64,000 bases of DNA from Capsulimonadaceae bacterium (GTDB taxonomy: Bacteria; Armatimonadota; Armatimonadia; Armatimonadales; Capsulimonadaceae), in assembly GCA_965215505.1 (NCBI GenBank), contig OZ244065.1, forward strand, positions 3,136,001-3,200,000, given 5' to 3'. A program made the translations under genes and the position numbers. Shown one piece after another: positions 1 through 7,606 of this stretch (its first letter is position 1; every line of letters starts with the position of its first letter). The notes below the pieces were generated by a model. The model was not told where the DNA came from, did not search any database, and saw only the letters and a list, made by a program, of their open reading frames with translations.

Positions 1-866
1 CCACGCCGCCCTTCCGCGTCGTCGCCTATCTGCCCGACTACCGCGTCGGGGCGCTCGACCCCGCCGCGCCGGCCCTGAACGATCTCACCGACCTCATCTT
101 CTTCTCGCTGGAGCCGACCCCGGCGGGCGGTCTGAACGCCGCCCGCCTGACGCCCGCCCTCACGGCCAAACTTCAGGCCATCAAGCGCCGCCATTCCCTG
201 CGGCTGTGGGTGGCGGTCGGCGGCTGGGAGCGGTCGGCGGGCTTCGCGCCCGTCGCGACCGACCCCGCAAAGCGCCGCCTGTTCGCTCAGGCTCTGACCT
301 CCTTCTGCCTGAGCCACGGCTTCGGCGGCGCGGACTTTGATTGGGAACACCCCGCAAGTGCCTCCGAGGAGGCCGGGTACGCCGCCCTGCTGGCCGAAGT
401 GCGCCGCGCCTTCGCCCCGCACGGGCTGCGCCTGTCCGTCACGATGGCCCCCTGGCAGAAGCTGGCCCCGGACGGCATCGCCGCCGTGGACGCGGTGAAC
501 CTGATGGCCTACGACCACGACGGCCGCCACTCCACGTCCGCCCAGGCGGACGTGGCCGGGTTCCTGCGCCTCGGCGTCCCGCCCCATAAGCTCCTGCTCG
601 GCCTGCCCTTCTACGGGCGTCAGATCACCCACACCGACACCGCGCTGGCCTACGCCGACATCCTGCGCCAGTACCACCCCGCCCCCGCCGTGGACGAGGC
701 CGGCGGCCTGTACTTCAACGGCCCCGCCACCATCCGGCAGAAGACCCGCGACGCGCTCGCCCGGCACCTCGGCGGCGTCATGGTCTGGGAGATCGGCCAG
801 GACGCGCCCGGCGACGGCTCACTGCTAAGAGTGATCCATCAGGCGGTGGCAGGGGCGGGCCAGTGA
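1..866 (+). CDS. GH18 chitinase-like glycoside hydrolase (5'-truncated by window)
   Basis: Frame open from base 3 (FRVVAYLPDY...). Catalytic DxDxE (GADFDWEHP), NLMAYD, LLLGLPFYG and GGVMVWEIGQD motifs. Confidence 0.9.
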   Translation, partial: TPPFRVVAYLPDYRVGALDPAAPALNDLTDLIFFSLEPTPAGGLNAARLTPALTAKLQAIKRRHSLRLWVAVGGWERSAGFAPVATDPAKRRLFAQALTSFCLSHGFGGADFDWEHPASASEEAGYAALLAEVRRAFAPHGLRLSVTMAPWQKLAPDGIAAVDAVNLMAYDHDGRHSTSAQADVAGFLRLGVPPHKLLLGLPFYGRQITHTDTALAYADILRQYHPAPAVDEAGGLYFNGPATIRQKTRDALARHLGGVMVWEIGQDAPGDGSLLRVIHQAVAGAGQ

Positions 867-883
867 GACTTCGCTAGTATCTA

Positions 884-912
884 TTTACAATATTATCAGT
901 TTGTGGTACTAT
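884..912 (+). promoter_or_regulatory. sigma70-type promoter of higBA (TTTACA-17-TACTAT, extended -10)
   Basis: TTTACA 884-889, TG 904-905, TACTAT 907-912. ATG at 919. Confidence 0.65.
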
Positions 913-918
913 GTCGGC

Positions 919-1200
919 ATGATACTCAGCTTCAAGTCGCCGGAGGCGGAAGTCATCTTCGGCGGCGGGGTTTCCCGGAGGCTGCCCAGTGACATCCAAC
1001 AGGTGGCGTTCCGCAAGCTAGGCTATGTTGACTCGGCGAGTCGGCTGGATGACTTGCGGGTCCCGCCGGGTAACCGCTTGGAGGCGTTGGAGCGGGATCG
1101 TAAAGGGCAGTATTCTATCCGAATCAATGACCAGTGGCGTGTCTGCTTCGTCTGGGATGAGGGCAACGCGCGGGATGTTGAGATCGTCGATTATCACTAG
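919..1200 (+). CDS. higB: HigB/RelE-family toxin
   Basis: MILSFK...DLRVPPGNRLEAL..DRKGQYSIRINDQWRVCF...VEIVDYH is the typical HigB signature. Toxin lies upstream of antitoxin. Confidence 0.92.
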   Translation: MILSFKSPEAEVIFGGGVSRRLPSDIQQVAFRKLGYVDSASRLDDLRVPPGNRLEALERDRKGQYSIRINDQWRVCFVWDEGNARDVEIVDYH

Positions 1201-1210
1201 GAACAAAGCC

Positions 1211-1513
1211 ATGGAACTGCTGGAAAACACCCACCCCGGCCTGATGCTGCGCGAAGACTATCTGGAACCCCTCGGCCTGACGGCTTACAAAGTGGCGAAG
1301 GGAACCGGACTGACCCCGATTCACATCTCGGAACTATTGCGCGGCGAGCGCAACGTCACGCCGCTGACCTCGCTCCTGCTCGGCAAGTACTTGGGCATGT
1401 CGCCCCGGTTCTGGCTGAACTTGCAGAACCGCCATGACGTGATCGAGGCCCAGCGCAACCAGCAGGACCGTCTGGCGCGGGTCACGCCTTACCGCGAACA
1501 GCAGGCGGCGTGA
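1211..1513 (+). CDS. higA: HigA antitoxin (Xre HTH)
   Basis: HPGLMLREDYLEPLGLT...ISELLRGER.VT...SPRFWLNLQ. Directly follows higB. Confidence 0.92.
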   Translation: MELLENTHPGLMLREDYLEPLGLTAYKVAKGTGLTPIHISELLRGERNVTPLTSLLLGKYLGMSPRFWLNLQNRHDVIEAQRNQQDRLARVTPYREQQAA

Positions 1514-1522
1514 GGCGCGCAC

Positions 1523-1568
1523 AGTGTATTACATAAGTGTATTACATAGCGGTTCCATGTGGTACAAT
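1523..1568 (+). promoter_or_regulatory. operator (2x AGTGTATTACATA) and extended -10 TGgTACAAT of the vapBC-like operon
   Basis: Perfect 13-bp tandem repeat at 1523-1535 and 1536-1548, each with a TGTA-T-TACA palindrome. TACAAT at 1563-1568. Confidence 0.6.
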
Positions 1569-1586
1569 GGGCTGGAGGAGAACATC

Positions 1587-1838
1587 ATGGGAAGCGTTCG
1601 TCTGGACCCCAAAGTAGAAGAGAGGGTACGTCAGGTAGCGGCCATCAAGGGGCTGACTCTTTCCGAAGTCCACCGCCTCGCTTTAGCAGAGTATTGCGAG
1701 CGTGAGATGGCACCGGCGAAGACCAGCCGCTACGACGACATCATCGGCATCGGCGAAGGTCCGCGCGATCTGGCCGCCCGCTCTGAGGAGATTTTCGGGG
1801 AGATCATGGATGAAAAGCACCGTAAACACGATCATTGA
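1587..1838 (+). CDS. ribbon-helix-helix antitoxin (VapB-like)
   Basis: GGAGGAG RBS. MGSVRLDPKVEERVRQVAAIKGLTLSEVHRLAL fits an RHH pattern. Overlaps the PIN gene. Confidence 0.8.
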   Translation: MGSVRLDPKVEERVRQVAAIKGLTLSEVHRLALAEYCEREMAPAKTSRYDDIIGIGEGPRDLAARSEEIFGEIMDEKHRKHDH

Positions 1839-2238
1839 TACTGGACCGCTCGTTGCTGTTTTGAACCGCAACGATGACTACCACGCGGAGTGTTCCCGTC
1901 TCATCCGGGCCTTGGACAGCCCGTTCTACACGACGATGGCAGTGCTGACGGAGGTGATGTACCTTTTGTGGACGCGGGTCGGATGGGTCGCGCAGGAAGC
2001 CGCGTGGCGGATGGTCTTGCGCGGCGATCTTCTCGTGGAACACCCTTCCCCCGCAGAACTCGTCCGCATGTCGGAACTGATGAGCAAGTACAATGACCGC
2101 CCGATGGACTTTGCGGATGCCTCGCTGGTCGCCCTGGCCGAGCGCCTGACGCTCGACCGCATCTTCACCGTGGACCGCCGCGACTTCTCCGTCTACCGAT
2201 TGCACGGCAAGAAGCCGTTTACCATCATCGGCCCCTGA
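1810..2238 (+). CDS. vapC: PIN-domain toxin (VapC-like)
   Basis: IIDTGPLVA, VLTEV, MDFADASLVALAE and IFTVDRRDF supply the PIN acidic residues. Confidence 0.88.
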   Translation: MKSTVNTIIDTGPLVAVLNRNDDYHAECSRLIRALDSPFYTTMAVLTEVMYLLWTRVGWVAQEAAWRMVLRGDLLVEHPSPAELVRMSELMSKYNDRPMDFADASLVALAERLTLDRIFTVDRRDFSVYRLHGKKPFTIIGP

Positions 2239-2284
2239 CGGTTACACTCGAGGGGAACACGCCGATTGCGATACGGGCCGCCCT

Positions 2285-3127
2285 TTGGAGCAACATCGCG
2301 CCTTGAGACTGAACATCCACGTTACCGCCGAACTCGCCCTGCCCGCCCCCACCCCGACCACGCTGCAAGTCGAGGCGACGGTCCTCGACGGGGCGCAGGC
2401 GGTGGAGGAGTCGCAGCTCTCCATCACGCCGTTCGCCCCCGCCGAGCCGTTCCGGGACTTCTACGGCAACCCCTGCCGGCGGCTCCTGATGCCCGCCGGG
2501 GACGTGAGATTGGAGTACACGGCGACGGTCTCGCAGCCGGACACGCGGTTCCCCCTGCTGAAGCCCTACGAGGCCGACGCCCTGCACCTGCCGGTCGAGA
2601 CGCTGCTGTACACCCTGCCCTCGCGCTACTGCCAGTCGGACAAGCTGGTCGCGATGGCGGCCGACATGTTCGGGTCGGTCGCGCCGGGCTTCGCGCGCGT
2701 CCAGACGATCTGCAACTGGATCAACGAACACGTCACCTACCAGTATGGCACCTCGGACGCGGGCACGTCCGCCTACGACACGGCGACGCAGCGGATCGGG
2801 GTCTGCCGGGACTTCGCGCACCTCGGGATCGCCTTCTGCCGCGCCCTGAACCTGCCCGCCCGGTACGTCTCGGGCTACTGCCTGGGGCTGGAGCCGCCCG
2901 ACTTCCACGCCTATTTTCAGGCGTATTTGGACGGCCGCTGGGTGTCCTTCGACGCCACCGAGCGGCAGCCGCGCCCCGCCCTGGTGCAAGTGGCCGTCGG
3001 GCGTGACGCCGCCGACTGCGCCTGGGCGACCTTCTACGGCTTCGGCGAGACGAAGCATCTTTCGGTGGAAGTGACGGAAGTCGCGGAAGAGGACGAGACG
3101 GCGGCGCAAGGAGAGACGACCCCATGA
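2285..3127 (+). CDS. transglutaminase-like family protein
   Basis: LPSRYCQSD, GVCRDFAH (Cys), DFHAY (His) and FDAT (Asp) form the catalytic triad. Confidence 0.88.
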   Translation: MEQHRALRLNIHVTAELALPAPTPTTLQVEATVLDGAQAVEESQLSITPFAPAEPFRDFYGNPCRRLLMPAGDVRLEYTATVSQPDTRFPLLKPYEADALHLPVETLLYTLPSRYCQSDKLVAMAADMFGSVAPGFARVQTICNWINEHVTYQYGTSDAGTSAYDTATQRIGVCRDFAHLGIAFCRALNLPARYVSGYCLGLEPPDFHAYFQAYLDGRWVSFDATERQPRPALVQVAVGRDAADCAWATFYGFGETKHLSVEVTEVAEEDETAAQGETTP

Positions 3128-3822
3128 GCCAGGAAACCGAGATACTCAAGCACGTCCCCCTGTTCGCGGGTCTGGACGAGGACGCCCTGGCCGCGCTGGC
3201 CTCCCGCCTGCGGCGGCGCAGACTGCCGCCGGGGACGCCCGTCGTCTACAAGGGCGACCCGGCGGGGGCGCTGTACCTGATCGCCTCGGGACGGGTCAAG
3301 GTGCATCAGGCGACATCGGGCGGCGACGAGGTGATCCTGGAGGTGATGGGGCCGGGCAACTTCTTCGGCGAGATGAGCCTGCTGGACGGCCAGCCGCGCT
3401 CTGCCGATGTCAGCACCCTGGCGGCGACCGAGCTTCTGCTGCTGGAAGGCGAGGCCCTGCGCGAGACGATCACGGAGCAGCCCGCCGTCGCCTGGACACT
3501 GCTGCGGATCCTGTCCCAGCGCGTGCGGGACATGGACGACCGGGCGGAGATGCTGATGACGCGGGACGTGGCGGGCCGGGTCGCCGACTGGCTGCTGCGC
3601 CTGGCGAAGTCGCACGGGACGGCCCATCCGGACGGCAAGAGCATCCGGCTAGACGTCTGCCTGACACAGAGCGACATCGCCGCCTTGATCGGCGCGACCC
3701 GCGAGCGCGTCTCGCGCGCCCTGACCGCCTTCCGCAAGTCCGGCGCGATCGCCTGGGACGCCGATACGGGCTGCTGGATCATCCGCAACCGGGCCGCCCT
3801 GGCGAAGCGGGCGGAGATGTAG
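3124..3822 (+). CDS. Crp/Fnr-family transcriptional regulator (CRP-type)
   Basis: cNMP-binding FFGEMSLLDGQPRSA and HTH TQSDIAALIGATRERVSRAL. Confidence 0.93.
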   Translation: MSQETEILKHVPLFAGLDEDALAALASRLRRRRLPPGTPVVYKGDPAGALYLIASGRVKVHQATSGGDEVILEVMGPGNFFGEMSLLDGQPRSADVSTLAATELLLLEGEALRETITEQPAVAWTLLRILSQRVRDMDDRAEMLMTRDVAGRVADWLLRLAKSHGTAHPDGKSIRLDVCLTQSDIAALIGATRERVSRALTAFRKSGAIAWDADTGCWIIRNRAALAKRAEM

Positions 3823-3839
3823 AGGGACGCGCGGGCGTC

Positions 3840-3876
3840 AAAAAGAAGGGGGCAGGCCAGATGGCCTGCCCCCTTC
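3840..3876 (-). terminator. intrinsic terminator between convergent crp and array gene A1
   Basis: Hairpin GAAGGGGGCAGGCCA-ga-TGGCCTGCCCCCTTC with an A-run on + (U-tail on -). Confidence 0.75.
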
Positions 3877-3910
3877 GTCGTCTCGTCGGCCCCGCCTACG
3901 GCCCTGCCGA

Positions 3911-6900
3911 CTACGGCCCGGCGCTGACGGCGGTGGCGCTCCACAGGTTGCCCGGCCCGTTGTCGGTGTAGGGGCCGTAGCCCGCCACGGTGAAGTTGAA
4001 CGAAGGGTCCAAGCCCCACAGCATCGCCCGATTGTCCGTGTTGCCCCAGAGCAGGTGCGAGAGGCCGTCGGGACCCGTCGCCAGGGCGGTGGCGCTCCAC
4101 AGGTTGTTCGCGCCGTTGTCCGTGTACGGCCCGTACCCGGCCAGCGTGAAGTTGAACGCACTGTCTACGTTCCAGAACATGGCCCGCCGGTCGGTGTTGC
4201 TCCACAGCAGGTGGGTCAGGTTGTCCGGCCCGACCGACGCGCCCGTGACGCTCCACTTGTTCTGGGGTGCGCCGTCCGTGTACGGCCCGTAGCCCGCCAG
4301 CGTGAAGTTAAAGGAGCTGTCCACGTCCCAGAGCATGACGCGCCCGTCGGCGTTGTTCCAAGCGATCCGGCTCTTGCCGTCCGGCCCGGTCGCAAGGGCC
4401 GCCGCCGACCAGAGGTTGCCGGAGTCGCCGCTGACGGAGGTGTCGGTATAGGGGCCGTAGCCTGCGAGGCTGAAGTTGAACGCGCTGTCCACGTTCCACA
4501 GCATGACGCGGTGGTCGGTGTTGTTCCACAGCAGATGCACGACGTTGTCCGGGCCGACCGAAACCGCCGTCGCGCTCCACTTGTTGTTCGCCGCCCCGTC
4601 GGTGTAGGGGCCGTAGCCGGCAAGGCTGAAGTTGCCGCTGTCGTCCACCGTCCACAGCATGACGCGCCCATCCGTGTTGTTCCACAGAAGGTGCGAAACG
4701 CCGTCCGCGCCCGTCGCCACCGCCGTCGCGTGCCAGACGTTCTGCGGCGCTCCGTCCGTGTACGGCCCGAAGCCGTTCAGCGTGAAGGAGCCGTCGCCGG
4801 CCACGCTCCACAACATGACGCGACCGTCACTGTTGTTCCACAGAAGGTGCGTGTGCGTGGGGGGCTGCACCGCCAGCGGAGCGGAGGCGGTGGCACCGCC
4901 GGAGACGGCCGAGACGGTGATCGTCGCGGACGCAGTCACCGGGCGCGTGGCGACGGCGAACGTGGCGCTCGTCCGCCCCGCCGCGACGGTGACGCTGGCC
5001 GGGAACGAGGCCACGTCGGAGTTGCTGCTGGACAGCCAGACGGTGACGCCGCCGGCCGGTGCGGGCGCGGACAGCGTGACGGTCCCGGTCGTGGCCCCGC
5101 CGCCGACAACCTGGGCAGGGGAGAGCGTCACCAAGGCGGGCGCGGGCTGGGTGTTCGGGATCAGCGAAGTGCGGACCAGGAAGACCTGGCCGCCGCTGCG
5201 AAAGGCAAGCCCGTCCGCGCCCCAGCGGATCAGGCTGCTGGGGCCGGCGTAGGGGGTCGCGGCGACGCCGGAGACAGTCAGTGAGCCAACCGGGAGGAAG
5301 GTGTTGGGGTCGAAGGCTTGGATGAGGGCCGTCCCGTCATTGCCAAAATTGGGACTGCTCACAAAGAAGACGCGGCCGTCGGCGACATCCGGCTGCACAT
5401 TCGCGTTGTAAGGTACACCGGAGAACGTGCCGACCAGGCTGGCCGCCTCGGGGTCTATGACCTTGCCGTTTGTGGAGAAGAGGAGGCCGCTGTCGAACTT
5501 GATTGCCCCGCCCGGCGCTCCTCCGGTCGGCACATCTCCGACGGCGACGCCGCTGCTGCTGACGTTCAGGCGCACCAAGTTGCCGTTCGAGCCGTAGAGG
5601 CGCGAGGGCGAGGCGGAGAACGCCAGTGTATCAATTTGGTAGGGGTACTGGCCGAGGGCGTTGGGACGCTGGACGCCGTTGTCATAGATGCCCAGGCCGA
5701 CCTGGCCCGGACCGAACACATAAATCCGCTCCGAAATGGCGACGGAGTTCACACTGCCGGGGAGGACCTGGATGTCATTCGGGTAGAAAGGCCCGTCAAA
5801 GCTCGCGTCGCCGCCGAGATGAAACAGCGGATCAGCCGAGTCCGTTGGCAGGTCCAGGTGACGGACGGCCGCCGCGCCGTTCAAGCCGACGAACAAAGAC
5901 TGCCCATTGTCGGAGAGGGCGAGTTTACCCGGCTCGCTGCCGATGAACACCGGGGCATCCATCACGCCCGTCAGTGGGTCGAACCCCACGATGCTGTTGC
6001 CGGGGCGGCCCCCTGGCACGACGGCACCGCTGGGGATGCTAGCATAGATCTTTGCGGTCACGCGGTCATAGATGAGGTCGTTGGAAGGAAGGTTCAGGCT
6101 GCGAACGCCGGCCGGGTAGCCAGGGTCACCAGCCGTATCCTGCACGGCCAGGGTCGCCTGACAACTCTGGGAACCATAGGCGGCGGTGACGCTGAAATTC
6201 GTGGTGGTAGTGACGGTGTTCGCGAGGAGCGGGAATGTCGCGGTCCGCGCGCCCGCCGGGACCGTGACGGAGGCGGGAACGGTGATCGCCTGCGTGTTAG
6301 TGGCGGAGAGAGTTACGGTGGCCCCGTCCGCCGGCGCGGACTGGGTCAGGGTGACGGTCCCTGTGGCCGCGGCCCCTGCGGCAAGGTTCGTCGCGCTGAG
6401 GGTCAGTGAGGCCAAGCCGGGAAAGCTGCGGGAGTCGATCAGGAAGAGCTGCCCACCACTGGTGCGGAACGCAAGCCCGTTCGCGCCGTAGGCGATGAGG
6501 TTGTCAGCCCTCCCGGAGACGCCCGAAAGGGTGAGCGCTCCCACGGGCCGGTAGGTGGCCGTGTCGTACTCGAAGATCTGGGCGGTGCTGCTGTTCCCCG
6601 TCGGGTCTCCGGTCAGGAAAAAGACGCGGCCGTTCGCGGCGTCGGAAGCAAGCGAAGTGCTGGAGCCGCCGAAGTAGGTCGTCGGGAACCCCGTGAAGCT
6701 GCCCAGGAGCGCTTGGGCGGTCGGATCAACCGCCTGCCCTGAGCTGCTGTAAATCAAACCGCCGTCGAACGAGAGGTCGGCGTTCGCCAGGTAGGCATAG
6801 GAACTCGTGTTGACGATGCCAGTTGCATTGGGGGTCATCGTGTAAAGGGTAGAGCCATAATCCCCGGTGCCGTACAGAACGCCTGTGGCGGGGTTAAACT

Positions 6901-7435
6901 TGATGAAGTAGGCACCGTCGTGGTCGGGAGTCGTGGTGGGTCTCTGGACGGCGTCGTCGAAGACCGCTACGCCGGCGATGTCCGGCGACACTCCCGTATA
7001 CCGGCGGGCGACCGCGACTGAGTGAGGGTTGCCGGGCAGGACGGCAAGGCCGGCGGCATTATAGTTGCCGAAAAACGAGGCACTCCCCAGGCTGAACTGC
7101 AAGCCCGCCGTCTGAGTCGGCAGGCTGACGCGGCGGACGGCGGCGGCACCATCCAGGCCGACATACAGGAACTGCCCGTCGTCCGAGACGGCCAGACGAT
7201 TCGGCTCGCTCCCGACGAACACCGAGGGGCCGACCGTGCCGGTGACCGGATCAACCGGCGTGATGCTGTTGCCGCCGACCCCGACGCTGCTGGGGACGCT
7301 GGCGTAGATCTTCGCGGTGTGCGCGTCATAAATGATGTCGTTCGTGACGAGTGAAACCTGGCGCACGTTCTGCGCCTGCGCTGTGGACAGCGGGGCGCAC
7401 GCCAGAGCGGCGAGGAGGGGGGCGATCTTTTTCAA
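3911..7435 (-). CDS. array A1: exported protein, 2x(beta-propeller + Ig-like) + six-repeat C-terminal module
   Basis: TTG start (KKIAPLLAALACAPLSTAQA signal peptide). Internal duplication NDL/IIYD..TAKIYAS...GSEP..LA.SD.GQ...G.DGLAFR. Module at 3911-4855. Start site uncertain. Confidence 0.85.
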   Translation of the reverse strand: MKKIAPLLAALACAPLSTAQAQNVRQVSLVTNDIIYDAHTAKIYASVPSSVGVGGNSITPVDPVTGTVGPSVFVGSEPNRLAVSDDGQFLYVGLDGAAAVRRVSLPTQTAGLQFSLGSASFFGNYNAAGLAVLPGNPHSVAVARRYTGVSPDIAGVAVFDDAVQRPTTTPDHDGAYFIKFNPATGVLYGTGDYGSTLYTMTPNATGIVNTSSYAYLANADLSFDGGLIYSSSGQAVDPTAQALLGSFTGFPTTYFGGSSTSLASDAANGRVFFLTGDPTGNSSTAQIFEYDTATYRPVGALTLSGVSGRADNLIAYGANGLAFRTSGGQLFLIDSRSFPGLASLTLSATNLAAGAAATGTVTLTQSAPADGATVTLSATNTQAITVPASVTVPAGARTATFPLLANTVTTTTNFSVTAAYGSQSCQATLAVQDTAGDPGYPAGVRSLNLPSNDLIYDRVTAKIYASIPSGAVVPGGRPGNSIVGFDPLTGVMDAPVFIGSEPGKLALSDNGQSLFVGLNGAAAVRHLDLPTDSADPLFHLGGDASFDGPFYPNDIQVLPGSVNSVAISERIYVFGPGQVGLGIYDNGVQRPNALGQYPYQIDTLAFSASPSRLYGSNGNLVRLNVSSSGVAVGDVPTGGAPGGAIKFDSGLLFSTNGKVIDPEAASLVGTFSGVPYNANVQPDVADGRVFFVSSPNFGNDGTALIQAFDPNTFLPVGSLTVSGVAATPYAGPSSLIRWGADGLAFRSGGQVFLVRTSLIPNTQPAPALVTLSPAQVVGGGATTGTVTLSAPAPAGGVTVWLSSSNSDVASFPASVTVAAGRTSATFAVATRPVTASATITVSAVSGGATASAPLAVQPPTHTHLLWNNSDGRVMLWSVAGDGSFTLNGFGPYTDGAPQNVWHATAVATGADGVSHLLWNNTDGRVMLWTVDDSGNFSLAGYGPYTDGAANNKWSATAVSVGPDNVVHLLWNNTDHRVMLWNVDSAFNFSLAGYGPYTDTSVSGDSGNLWSAAALATGPDGKSRIAWNNADGRVMLWDVDSSFNFTLAGYGPYTDGAPQNKWSVTGASVGPDNLTHLLWSNTDRRAMFWNVDSAFNFTLAGYGPYTDNGANNLWSATALATGPDGLSHLLWGNTDNRAMLWGLDPSFNFTVAGYGPYTDNGPGNLWSATAVSAGP

Positions 7436-7541
7436 GGGACGTTCTTTCGTTGGGAAGGGGCCGATGGGGCAGCCGACACGGGGCGACGGGCTCAGGGCGG
7501 GCGCGGCCACGACGGTCGCACCTCTCCTCCCTTTATCATAC

Positions 7542-7557
7542 AGCACGAACCATGCCA
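7542..7557 (-). promoter_or_regulatory. sigma54-type -24/-12 promoter for A1
   Basis: Minus strand TGGCATGGTTCGTGCT (GG-N10-GC). Confidence 0.6.
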
Positions 7558-7606
7558 AAACGGCCGGAACCAGGCAGAAATACGAACTAATTTACCGGCG
7601 CGGCCT

